Shown here piece by piece: positions 48,736 to 62,648 of a stretch of DNA of 64,000 bases (its first letter is position 1; each line of letters opens with the position of its first letter). The DNA is from Piromyces finnis finn (taxonomy: Eukaryota; Fungi; Neocallimastigomycota). The stretch lies in NCBI GenBank assembly GCA_002104945.1, contig MCFH01000002.1, forward strand, positions 1,426,001 to 1,490,000, in the 5' to 3' direction. The notes beneath the pieces were generated by a model. The model ran no database searches and was not told the DNA's origin. It saw nothing but the letters and a program-made list of their open reading frames with translations. A program made the translations under genes and the position numbers.

Positions 48736-50549
48736 ATAAAAAAATTACATAAATTATTACAAATTTTAATTTATTATTTAATCATCCTTTATAAATATTT
48801 ATAATATTGTTAAATAATTATACTAAAAATTGAAATATTTACTATTAAAAATTAAGGCTACAATATATTTATATTGATTAATGCATATATTAATTATATT
48901 TTAGATATATTCTTTATTCTCCTTATTTTATATGAATTAAATTTTGAATATTAATATATTAGTATTTTCCAAATTTATATGTATATTTTTTAATGTGTTA
49001 CAATACTACAATACTATTTATTTTTAATTAAAATTAAATTAATATGTAAAAAAAATAAACATAATTTATAATTTATGTAATAATGTAATGTAGTGTTAAA
49101 ACTGTACCTAATAAAAAGTAAATAATAGCTTAGATATTTAAATACTTATAATATAACATAAAAAATGTTTATTTGTATAAATAATAAATATTATATGTTA
49201 CATTACTTTAAAATAGTATATATAATTTATTAAGTCATTGTTATTATTGAGACTAAGATTTTTATATCATTAAATTAATATTAATTGGATATTGAAAACT
49301 TTAATAAATTAATTTAGTAACATTAGAATTTTATAAATTATTATATATTATAATATAAAAATATAAAAAATATATACATATATTGTTTTACTCGTACTGA
49401 TAGAATAGATAATTTGTTTTATTTTTATCTAGTTTGCTACTGCTTATTAAAAATAAAAACCATGAATAAAAAAATATATTCATGTTATTCAAAATTTGTA
49501 TAATAAAAAATATCTCTTCATTTATCTATGATATGAAAGAAATATATTAAGTAATAAAAATAAAAATAAATTTATTAATAATTTAATTCATAAACTCTAA
49601 TATTTTATATTTATAAAAAAAAGTATTTTTTATTAATCTTTAGTTTTTTTTTAAAAAAAAAAATTGGTAATACTCTACAGTTACTGTTACTACAGTTTAA
49701 ATAATATTTTTTTTTGTTGATACATAATACCAATTAATGGTATAATATTAATATTTATTAATATATGGGTGATATGTATCATCCATATTTTACTTAAAAA
49801 AATTATTAATAAATTAAATTATTTAACATTATTTGAATATTCACTTAAAATAAATGTATATTATATTTATGTGTGCTTATTAAATATTATTACTTATTAA
49901 GAAAACTTTACTTGAAAAATAAATAATTGTCGTTTTCCTAAATATATAATCAATATATATTATGATAACATTTTAAAGATGTAATAATTTTTAATATTTA
50001 AATAATAGTTATTATAAAGTATTTGTAGCAATTAATTCTCAATTATCACTACAAATAATTTTGATACATACAATTTTACAATAATGTATACACTATTAAT
50101 AATTTGATTTTTTATAATTAACTCTATTATTTTATAATTGAACTTTAAGAATATTAATTATTTTATCTTTTAATTTTATTTATATTAATATTATTTATTA
50201 TATAGGGAAAGAACATAACTATATAAATAATAATATTAATTAGAACTAATAAAATCATTTACATTCTAACTCAAAAGCTAATAAATATAATAAATAACAA
50301 TAATAGGATAAAACAAAATTGTTAACATAAAGGAAACTAATAAAAATTAAATCCTTTATAAGTAATTACTATTTTATATTTTATATTTTCTTTTTCAATT
50401 TTTGAATCCACAAATTAATAAATAAACAAATAAATAGAAATTAAAAATATAATAATATCATGTTAAATTAAATATCAAAATAAACATTAAAGCTAAAAAT
50501 ACAGTAAACATACGATCTTATTTCGATAAAAATATATTTATTTGTCTTT

Positions 50550-50604
<55 letters not shown>

Positions 50605-51024
50605 TTAAAAAAAAAAAAAAAAAGTTTAATAGTAATAATTAAAAAATAACAATTTATTTGTATTCGTATTATTACTCAAATAATTTCGAAGACAATCCAA
50701 ATTATTTTCGAAATTACCATATATAATACATTGTTTATCTAAAAGTTTCTTTTTTTTTTTTTCTTATTAGTAAAAAGTATAAATTTTCAGGCTATTATAT
50801 ATTAAGAAAAAACACTATTTGAAAAATAAATTGAAGAATTATATATTTATTATAAATATTACTATTATTATCATTATCATTATTAATACTAATATTATTG
50901 ACATATTATATATTAAAATAACTTTACTACTTTAAATAATACTAACAATTAAATTTTTTACTTTAATACTTTTTAAAAATTATATTACTTTTTATATAAT
51001 CATAATACTTAATAATAGAATAAA

Positions 51025-51230
51025 ATGGAAGAGACCATTATACCTGCTTGTGATGTTTTTCGTCCAGAAATTACTATAAAAACCTCACCGGTAGAACTTT
51101 GCTGGTAATTACTTTTTTGTTCAAAAATTGTTTAAATAATTATAATTATAATAGTTATATTAATGAAAAAATATATATATATTAAATTTAATAAATGAAC
51201 AATACAAATAAAATATTCTATTTTATTATT

Positions 51231-51262
<32 letters not shown>

Positions 51263-52635
51263 CTCATAAAAACTTTTCAACAGGAATTTTACTACATTTA
51301 AAAAAAATATTAAATTCGGTGTATATCGTAATACAGGAAACTTAGAGAACTTAAATAAAAATGTTACTATTTCATATAATGCTTTAAACGAAAAGCAACG
51401 TAATGAAAAAAAAGAATCAAATTCTCAACTTAATTTATATGAAAAAGATAGTAATCTTAATGTAATTGGAAATGAAAGTATGTTAAGTGTTTCTCAACTT
51501 GATATTAACGCTGGTAGCACTAATCCATCATCTTCGTACACTAGAAGAAAATCAAATTTTAATGACTATAATTTAGAAGTTGTTAAAAAGTTAGAATACT
51601 ATGATTCTTCAAAATCTATTATTAAAGGATCATGTATTTTAGACAGTAAATATCTTATTTTTAATATTTAATCATATTATTATTAAAAATATATTATTAT
51701 TATTGATGTTGTTATTTGATAAAATACTAATATATTTTATCTTTGATACTTAAATTATTAAAATTAATACAGAAACTGGAACATATGTTTTAGTTTTTGA
51801 TAATTCTATTAACAGGTTAGTAATAAAAATATATGATTTTTATTTGATTGTTACATAAAATATTAAATAAATAAATAGTAGTAGTAATCAATATGTATAT
51901 ATATGCTTTTAATTTATATATATTACTATAAAAATTATAATAGTGTAATAATGATAATAATAATAAATTAGCTAAAAAAAAATGTTTAATAAAACTTAAT
52001 TATACATATAATAATAATTCAATTAACATTTTAAAAAAATAATAAATTATATATTTTTTGATATATATATATATATATAGAAATACTTCCAACCGTTTAA
52101 CATTCCTTTATTTCACTAGACAATTTAATTTATTACCTGAAATTTCCATATCAGAAGATATTAATAAAGATGACAATAAATCAGAAATTATATTTGAAGG
52201 CTATATTTCTAAAAAAAAAAGAAATAATAAAATTAATAGTAATATTGGAATTCTTCATAAATACTAAAATGATATATATTAATACAATGTTGTTAATAAA
52301 ATATTATTATAATAATATGCTTAAACATAAAATTTTAATAATTAGGTTGGGTTAAACGTTATGTTACATTAGATAAAGCTGGAAACTTGTCATACTATAA
52401 AAATAAAGATAGTACATCTAAAGGTTTAATTCAAATTAATTCTTCAAAAGTTAACATCATATCAAAGCGTCGTATTTATATTGGTAAATATCTTTGTTAC
52501 TATCTGTTTATTAATTTATTTTATCTGATATATGAAACTTTAAATTCAACTTCTAATCTATAAAATAAAAATGTAAATAGATACTGGTGCCTTCATCTAT
52601 CGTTTCTATATTAGAGAAGATAATGTTTATAAAAA

Positions 52636-52680
<45 letters not shown>

Positions 52681-55600
52681 TGGTAATTTAATTAAAAAAC
52701 ACCAATTAATGAATGTTTTTTTTTAAAAAAAAAAAATAATAATAATAATAACAATAATAATAATAAAATAGTTCCTTGATTCTTTAGAACTTATTGAAAA
52801 AAACAATAATAACAATAAAGGAGAGGTTATGTCAACTATTCGTAATATTGTATATAACGACAGTACTAATAATAATATTTACACAGATATTAATGCATTA
52901 GAAGAAATTCAAAAAGATTTTGAACAACCTCTTAATAGAATTCATAAAGAATTAAATAATTTGGGTCTTATTGTTGATGAATATAAAAGTAAGAAAATCG
53001 TATATATATTTATTTACTATTAAAAAAGTAAATATAATTTAAATTCTTAAATCCAATCATTTTAATATTATATAATATTATTACTATATTTTTTATACTT
53101 GCATTTATATATAATATTTATTTTTTGTTTGTTTGTTTGTTGCTGTTATTTTATCATATAAATAGAGAATCATAATGTTGAAACACTTGAAACTTGCTAT
53201 GAAAACTTAATGAAATCAATTTCATCTGTTGATTTTGAATTGAATAGAGTTTGGAAAAAGATAAATGAAGAAGAAATTTGCGTTAATAAATTAGAAAAAA
53301 CTTTCAGAAATTGTTTAGCTGATAATAACAGGTTAAGAGCTATTGTTAATGAACCACAAGCTGATATTTCATTCTTTACTAATTATAAGCCAGATGAAAT
53401 AATTAATGATCAAACTCAAAATCGTCGTGAATCTATTAATAGTCCAGAAAAAGCTATGACAATCAGTACTAGAGATGATGAATCCTTTTACGATGCAGAA
53501 GATGGTTTTTCATTCTCTGGTGATGATAACTCTGGATCTGATGTAATTGAAAATGAAGATGATTCTTCTGATGATAGTGAGGAAGCTATTAATGTTGTCT
53601 CTGAAATTAATTCCAAAATGAATGAATATGATGTTGTTATTAAGAGAAATATGACAACAGTATTTGATGAACCAGTTAAAGTGGAACGTCGTGTCACACT
53701 TCCAGCTAAAACCATTCCAAATTCCGGTGGTTTCATCAGTATCATTCGTAAGAACATTGGTAAAGATTTATCAAGAGTTTCAATGCCTGTTACTATGAAC
53801 GAACCAATAAATTTACTTCAAAGACTTTGTGAAGAATTAGAATACTGCGAATTATTAAAAAATGCTTGTGACGAAAATTTAGCACCAACTGAATATGAGC
53901 GTTTAATGTATGTTGGTGCATTTGCTATGTCAGGTAAAAAAAAAAAAATGATTATATTATTCAGTAATTATGTAGTAAAAAAATAATAGTAACAATATAA
54001 TTATAATATCAATATTTTATTATTTATTTAATTTTTAAATAGCTTATGCTTGTACTATCCACAGAGCTGTAAAAAAGCCATTCAATCCACTTCTTGGTGA
54101 AACTTATGAAAATATTCGTGAAGATAAAGGTTTCAAATTTATTGCTGAAAAAGTCTCTCACCATCCACCAATTATGGCATGTTATGCTGAATCCGATGAC
54201 TTTATTTTCTATCAAGATAATAATATAAAGACTAAATACTGGGTATAAAATATTAATTAAATAAAATTATTAAGACATGAAAAAATATATATATATTAAT
54301 AATATATAATAATACATGAAAAACAATAGGGTAATTCTATGGAATGTATTTCCAATGGTGTAGTTCATTTAATATTAAAGAAATATAATGAACACTATAC
54401 TTGGGAGAAGGTTAATTCTGTCATATGTAAAGCTATGTATTCTAATAGATATCTTGAATATCGCGGTGAATTAAAGGTTACTGAAGCTACTTCAGGTTAG
54501 AAATATATTTCCAAATAATATACAATTATTCTTTATATTGACAATAGTTTTAATAAAATAATTAATAAAATATTATTATTTTCAATATAAAAATGATTAG
54601 GTAATTACTTCAACTTAAAGTTCCAATCTTCAAAGAATGCTGTCTCTGGTGGCGTTTACACATCTAAAAAGAAGGAAATGATTCAATTAGTGTAACTATC
54701 AATATTTATTTTATTTTATTTACAGTATTATATAAATTATATATTAAAATGTTGTAAAATACTATAGTGGTAATTGGGACAAGATTTTATTCAAGGTTGA
54801 GCCAGAAAATAAATTAGAAGTAAGCTATTATATTATATAATATAAACTACAAAGCAAAATATAATTTAATGTATTATTAATAAAAAAAAAAAAAAAAAAA
54901 AAATTAACCAAAAACTTTTAAATCTTATTAATAGTCTATATGGTCAGCTTCACCATTCCCACCAAACTATGAAGACCAATACGGTTTTGGACAATTTACT
55001 GTTGAATTGAATGGTAAGTCATTGGTTAATTTGTACTATTAATTAAAATAATATTAATCTATAAGAATATTCATTAATTAAACAATTAATAAATTCTTAA
55101 AATCATTCTATTATTATTATTATTGTTGTTGTTGTTGTTGTTGTTGTTGTTACAATAAAAATTAAGAAATCACACCAGATATTAAGGATAAATTACCACC
55201 AACTGATACTAGATTAAGACCAGATCAAAGATTATACGAAGATGTAAATGATATATTTTATATAATATATATTATTTAATAAAAATAAATAGCATAAAAA
55301 TATTTTACATATATTATAAAGTACTAATCTTCTTAAAAAAAATATTATATCAAATTTTAAAAAATTATAGGGTAAAGCTGATGAAGCTGGTAATGAAAAG
55401 GAACGTCTTGAACAACGTCAACGTGAATACCTTAAAGACCGTGAGCTAAAGGGTCTCCCATGGGAACCAAGATGGTTTGAATTAAAGAATGATCCAATTG
55501 TTAAAGGTGTTAAAACTTATCAATACAAAGTTAGTATTAAAAGCTTTATGTATTAAATTGTAAAAATGAATAACCATTCAGCATATTTTTTAAAAAATAT

Positions 55601-55740
55601 ATATATTCTTTGAATTAACTATATTAATCAATATTCCTTTTTAATATGTGTTTATCGTTATTGTTGTAATTTTTATAATTATATAGGGTGGTTACTTTGA
55701 ACAACGTGGTAACATTACAGTTGAACGTGAATTATGGTAG
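51025..55740 (+). CDS. OSH3: Oxysterol-binding protein-related protein, Osh3-like (GOLD-PH-FFAT-ORD); 16 exons
   Basis: GOLD-like [15 protein letters not shown] and [10 protein letters not shown]; PH-like [16 protein letters not shown]; FFAT-like ESFYDAED; ORD motifs [20 protein letters not shown] and [13 protein letters not shown]. Exons run from 51025-51104 to 55687-55740 and join in frame. Confidence 0.9.
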
Positions 55741-55960
55741 ATAAAATATTTAACAATTTAAAATAAAATAAAAAAAAAAAAAAGTACTTAAAAAAGTAAA
55801 ATAAAATAAGAAAATATATAATAAAAATGAATAATAAATTTTTAAAATTTCTCAACAAATATAATAAATAGATAAAAATATAAATATATACAAAGAAAAA
55901 ATAAAAAATCATTTAAATTGCAACACTAAAAAATAATTAAAACTATACAAATAATAATTC

Positions 55961-56001
<41 letters not shown>

Positions 56002-56463
56002 CAATCTAAATAATAATAATAAAGTTAATAATTCATTTGTACATTTTATTTGTAAAAAAATAATAATAATAATAAAAATAAAAATCTTGATTTTTCTAAC
56101 TTTTATAAACTACTACACTTGTTGTTACTAAAAAAATTACTATGTATTTTTCATATATCTAATCATTAATAACACTAACTCTTTCCTTTAAAAAAAAAAA
56201 AAAAAAAAAAAATTATGTTTTATGCTATTTATATATATGTGTATGTAAATTATTATTAATAATAATAATGACTCTGAATGATAAATTACAATATTTATAA
56301 TTAATTATTAAATAATATATATAATTATAGAAAACATACATAATAATAATATTGTTATTGTTTCTATTATTAATAGTAGAAGGTACTATAATTAAAATAT
56401 ATAATCTACTTTAAATATATTGTCCCTAAAAAAAAAAAAAGGGAAAAAAAAAATATTTTCCTT

Positions 56464-57761
56464 TTAATATTGAACTTCATCCATAGCATCATCTATTTTT
56501 AAATCTTGATCATCATCTTCTCCATCTTGATTTGACATTTTGGAATCTTCATTAGAAATTTTATCTACAAATTCTTCATTATCATCTTCTTCTATTTTAT
56601 CTTTTCTTTCTTCATTATCATCAGAATCTGATTTCTTTAATTTGGTATCCTCTTTTGTATTCTCAGTAGATGGCATGGATATGTCATTATCAGTATCCTT
56701 TTTTTTATCTAGTATATTAGAACTTTTTGATTTAGAATCCTCAGTTCTAGCTGATATTGGAGTTGGAATTAATGGAGATGTTACTTCAAATAATTCTGTA
56801 TTTAATGATGTTTTTGAAGCTTCTATTTTTTGCTCTTCTAAAAGTTTTTTGGTTTCATCATTCAATACTGCTGGTAAATAATATATATGTGGAGTAGACT
56901 TAGTTTTAATGAAATTAATTTTAAAGGTATTTTGTTTATTCAAGTATGTTTTCTGTTGAGAAATGGGATAATAATAACAATAACAATAATTATGATGATG
57001 ATGATAATAATAGAGAAAAAGTTTTGAATTTTAAATAGCATTAATAAATTAATAGTATATGATTGAACATATATAATAGAAATAATAACAATATTTTTAA
57101 TAAATCTATATTGTATATACCAAATTCTTCAAACGTTCTTTTTCTTCTTCAATTCTCTTTTTTCTTCTTATTTCATCATCTTGTTTTATTTCTTCTTCTA
57201 AATCTTTTTTCTCCTTTTTTAAACGTTCTTGAAGTTTATTTTCTATTTCTTCTCTTCTTTTTTCCTTAATTTATTTAAATAAAATTTATTCAATCAATAA
57301 TTTAAATTATAATAAAAATTTATAGATTATAGTACTTATTATAAATAGTATATATAATATATTTAAAAAAGAAAAAGAAAAAAAAGAAAAAGAAAATAAC
57401 AGTAAATACAAATGAATAAATAAACTTACTGCTTCTGATTTGTCATTAGTATCCTTTTTAAATTGATTTAAAGTATTGAATATCATGCCAAGCATTCTTT
57501 TTCCTCTATCCTTAAATTCTTTATTCTGAAGGTCCAAACGTGGACGCTTTAATGTTGCTGACTTTATATTAAAACATAAAATAAGTTATATCAAATATAT
57601 TTTTAAAATATAAATATTATATAAATTGATAGGGATAAAAAGAAATATATAACAATAATAATAATGATAATGAATAAATAAATAGTACCTTTGGACTATG
57701 ATCATCATTATTAATAGATCTTTTTCTTTCACTTTGTGTTGTATTGGTATCAATTTCAGAA
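56464..57761 (-). CDS. Pinin/SDK/memA-domain protein (5' end not resolved)
   Basis: Exons 57761-57689, 57561-57430, 57264-57121, 56952-56464. RGKRMLGMIFNTLNQFKK and NFIKTKSTPHIYYLP match pinin conserved motifs. The first exon/ATG was not identified. Confidence 0.75.
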
Positions 57762-60757
57762 CTAGTATGTAATTTTAAGTGAAAGTAAAATAAGATAAAT
57801 AATAAATAATTAATATTACTATTATTTTAAAATTATATAGATTTATTTCTTTTATAAGAAATTATCAAATTTACGAATATTAAAACATAAATGTATATAT
57901 TTATTAAATTAAACACTATTTTATATTTATATAATTGCAATTTAATAAATTAATTTGAAATGTATTGAATGACATTAAATTTTATTTTTAGAATTTTTTA
58001 TAGTAATAATTTGTATTTTCTTGAACCATTATAAAATTTTATATTGAAGACTATTTTTATTATATTGTTATTAAAATTTAAAAATAATAATAATAATAAT
58101 AAATAAAACAAAAAAAAAAAAAAAAAAAAAAGTGAAATTAAAGATTAACATTTACTAATAGAAATATTATTAGATTATTTATGAATTATATCAAAAAAAA
58201 AAAAAAAAGTTGAAATATAATGGTATATATAATTTATATTTTAATTTTAATTTTATAATAGTTAAATAAATAATTCAAATACTAAATTCAATTGAAATGT
58301 GTTAATAATGAAATTACTTTATAAATTATCCATCAATTTAACATCTATTTATAATATCCTTAATAATTTAATACAAAACATGAATTTTTGGGTAAATATA
58401 ATAATAATAAAGAGTACATAAAATTTATAATTATAAATTTAATTATTTACGGTTTGGAATCTCTTTCTCTACTCATATTTATATATATCTTAGTTTAAAG
58501 ATGAACAAAAAAATATACCTATTTTATTTTATTTCTATTAATTTTTTTAATTAAAAATTGTATGTATAATAAACTTTATTACATAAATATTAAAGATTTA
58601 TATATTACAATAAATTATTTTTCATTTATTTAATTCACTTAATTTATCAATTAATTATAAATATGAGATGAGCAGTAAATTCTTTATATATTCAAAATAA
58701 AAAAAAAAAAATAATTACTTTTATAAATTAGTGCATATATATACAAAAGTAAGTTCAGTAAAACATATTTTAAGTGATATTAATTAATTTTAGAAATAAA
58801 AATTAAGAAATAATAATTTACATAATTTCATTAATAGAGTATTAATACAAGAACAATTATAAAATAAAAATTATATTTTATAAAAACATTTTTTGCATAG
58901 CTTATATATACCGACAATTTTAAAATTATTTAAAAAAATATATCTTATATATCTTATGTAATAAAATTTAACTTATTATTATATGTATTATTATTGTCTT
59001 TTATTATTTTAGTTGTGTTAATTAATAGCATTTTTATTTTTCTTTATCATTATTTTCCGTTAATATTTTTTTAACTTTAGCGTGTTAAGAATTACAATCT
59101 TTTAATACTTTTTTGAAATAAAAAAATTATATTTTCATGGCCTTTATTAATCTTACTTCTTCTTATTATAATTATTATAATAATTGTATTTTACGTATAT
59201 TTTTAATAACATATTTCAGAAAATTTTCTAAAGTTATATCTTATTTATTATAAATAATGAAAAGATATTATAAATTTTAGTTATAACATATAACCTAACC
59301 TATATATCGATTATAAAGTAGAAATCTAATCTTTTTTGTTGATGAATAAATGAATAAATGATAAAATATATTTATCAATAAATTTTTTAGAAATTATCAA
59401 TCCTTTTTTTTTATTACTTATAATATTAATAATAATTCATATAAATCTCAAGTTTTTATAAAAGTTAATATTTTTTCTAGTATTTTTTTTATTTTTTTTT
59501 ATTTTGGTAAAACTCTTACTTTTCTTGATATGAATATTTAAAGATTTTAATATTATTTTTTAAAGTATTTCATTATATATAATAATAATAATAATAATAA
59601 TATATAATATATAATATATTATAATGCTATATTAAGAACAAAAAATTAAAAATTTGAAAAAATACTGAATATTAAAACATAATAGATGTGGCTTGTATAC
59701 AAATGTTTATAGTATTTACAATTTTCTATATAATATAAAAAGAAATGCATTTTATTATAATGGCTTTCATTTATAATATTATTTATTAAATGATTTATCA
59801 TTATATTGATGATTAATATCAAAATTTATTTATTTTTAATTATTTGTTCATTTACTAATTTCCGAATGATATTTATTTATTGGCTATTGATTAATTAATT
59901 TACTATTAATCAATTTATTTATATTATATTATTTCAATTATTTATTAATATATACCTTAGTAATTTAATTCTAACTTTTTTTTTGTTTTTCAATTTTTTT
60001 TTTAAACTAACAATTAGTTTATTTCTATATTTAATAATTAATTATTTTAATTATTATTTTAAATACAATAGAAATAATTAAATAATAATATATAATAAAG
60101 AATAAAACTTTTGAAGGTTAAAATAACAGTCTTTAATAGTAAGTGTTTATTCTATATGTATTAAATGTGAATTATTTATATTTATATTTAGTTTAGGTTA
60201 AAATAAAATAATTGGATATTCTATTTAAGAGGAAAAAATAAGTTGGAGGAACTATTTTATATTTAAAAAGAATTTTTAAGGTTTGATACAATATAGTCTT
60301 TTTGTATATGATTGTATATTCATATATAATATAATAAAATGAACCAAAAAAAAAAAAAAAAATATGGTGAATTAATAGTTTTATAATTATATATAACAAT
60401 AATGGAATAATAACATTGTGTTTTTATAAAAAAAAAGTTTTTTTTTTTTTTTATTTTATTTTATTTATAAAAAATAAAAGAAAGAGCATGAATATTATTA
60501 CTTTTGTTACCAAAGAAATAAAGCATACTTTTAGTATATATCCAAAAAAAAAAAAAAAAAAAAAAATAGCAGAATATTATTATTTGGTCTTTCAAAATTT
60601 GTTAAAAGGACCATATTTAATCAAATTTTAATATTTTATATATTATATATCTATTATCTATTATCTATTATATTTTCTTGACTGCTTTTTATTAAATATG
60701 CTAATATTATGCTTATTTTATTTTATAACTCATATTGGTATATAAAGAACGTGAAAA

Positions 60758-61690
60758 ATGAGTGAAGGTAAAATTTATCACAGTATTACTGAACTTATTG
60801 GAAATACCCCTCTTCTTCAACTTCATAATATTGATACTGGTAAGGCTAGAGTTTTAGTTAAAATAGAATCATTTAATCCTCTTTCTAGTATCAAAGACCG
60901 TGCTGGTTTAGCTATGATTGAAGATGCAGAAAAACGTGGTATTTTAAAAAAGGACTCTGTTATAATAGAACCAACTTCAGGTAATACTGGTATTGCCTTA
61001 TCTTACATTGGTCATGTTAGAGGTTACAGAGTAATTATTGTTATGCCAGAAACAATGTCTGATGAAAGAAAGAAGCTTATGAAGGCTCTTGGAGCTGAAT
61101 TAGTTTTAACTCCAGGTAATTTAGGTATGAAGGGTTCTATTGAAAAAGCTGTTGAATTATCTAAAGAAATTCCAAGTTCATTCATTCCACAACAATTTGA
61201 AAATCCATCAAATTCTGAATACCACTATAAAACTACTGGTCCAGAAATTTGGAAGGATACTGCTGGTGAAGTTGATTATGTTGTTGCTGGTGTTGGTACT
61301 GGTGGTACTATAATAGGTATTAGTAAGGCTCTCAAGGAAAAGAAGTCTTCTGTTAAAGCAATCGCTGTTGAACCATATGAATCTGCTATCATTTCTGGTG
61401 AAAAACCAGGTCCACATCTTATTCAAGGTATTGGTGCCAACTTTATTCCAAAATTATATGATCCATCTCTTATTGATGAAGTTTTGAAGGTGAAAGGTAC
61501 TGATGCTTATGAAGCTGCTCGCTTATTAGTTGCTAAGGAAGGTGTCTTCGCTGGTATTTCTTCTGGTGCTAGTTTAGCAGCTGCTTTAGAACTTGCTAAG
61601 AGACCAGAATGTGAAGGAAAAACCATTGTTGCTATTTTACCAGATACTGGTGATAGATATTTATCTACTTCCTTATATGGTGGTAATTAA
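60758..61690 (+). CDS. cysK: Cysteine synthase A (O-acetylserine sulfhydrylase), intronless, bacterial-type
   Basis: ESFNPLSSIKDR (PLP lysine), EPTSGNTG, GVGTGGT, IQGIGA, GISSGA, ILPDTGDRYLS; 310 aa with no targeting extension. Confidence 0.97.
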   Translation: MSEGKIYHSITELIGNTPLLQLHNIDTGKARVLVKIESFNPLSSIKDRAGLAMIEDAEKRGILKKDSVIIEPTSGNTGIALSYIGHVRGYRVIIVMPETMSDERKKLMKALGAELVLTPGNLGMKGSIEKAVELSKEIPSSFIPQQFENPSNSEYHYKTTGPEIWKDTAGEVDYVVAGVGTGGTIIGISKALKEKKSSVKAIAVEPYESAIISGEKPGPHLIQGIGANFIPKLYDPSLIDEVLKVKGTDAYEAARLLVAKEGVFAGISSGASLAAALELAKRPECEGKTIVAILPDTGDRYLSTSLYGGN

Positions 61691-62648
61691 ATAATTAAGC
61701 AATTATAATAGACATTCAAAATTAAATTATTATTATTATTTTTTTTTTTCTTTAAAAAAAAAATATATAAACTTGCAATTCAATAATTCATTTTAATCTA
61801 ATCGTCTTTTGATGATCATACCACTTATTTATATAATAAATATAAAATAGTATTTATAATACAAAAATAATAATGGTTTATTTATTTAAAATATTGTATT
61901 TATTATATTACTAAAATCTAATCACTTTACTTTTTAAGATTATATAAAAATAAAATAACATAATAATGTAAAAATTAATCATGAGTAAACTAATCATTAT
62001 CATGATTGTAATATTAAAATTACATTAGAGCGAAGTAAACCAAGCATACAAAACTAAAAAAAGAATAATAAAATAAAATGATGATGCTAATAATAATACT
62101 AATATAATTAAAGTAAATTTGCATTAAAATAATATAAACATATTTAATTTTTTTTTTTTTTTTTTTTTTTATTGTTGTTAAGCATCTTTAGTAACAAGTG
62201 ATTATTCATTTACTTCATTTATAATTTTTTTTATTACTATGATGATTATTATAAGATTTTTAAAAATTTAATTAAAAATTATTTTTAAAAATAATAACAG
62301 TAAAAAATTTATTATTGATATATATTTTTTATTTTCTTTATTAAAAAATATTATTTCTATGGTATTTTAATACACTTATTTTTTATTAACATTATATCAT
62401 TACTAATCTATTTATTTTTATAATATATTTTTATTTTATTTTATAAACATTTTTTTTTTTTTTTTTTTGTAATAAGGCAAAAGCAATAGTAAGAGCTATT
62501 AATTTAAAATAAAAAAAAGTTTTTTTTTTTTTTTTTTTTTTAGGATTTAAACTATAATAATTACAATTAGATTTAGATTTATATATAATAATTCTTTATT
62601 ATTTTAAACTAAAGGTATTATATATCTAATAAAGTTTTCTTTTTTCTT

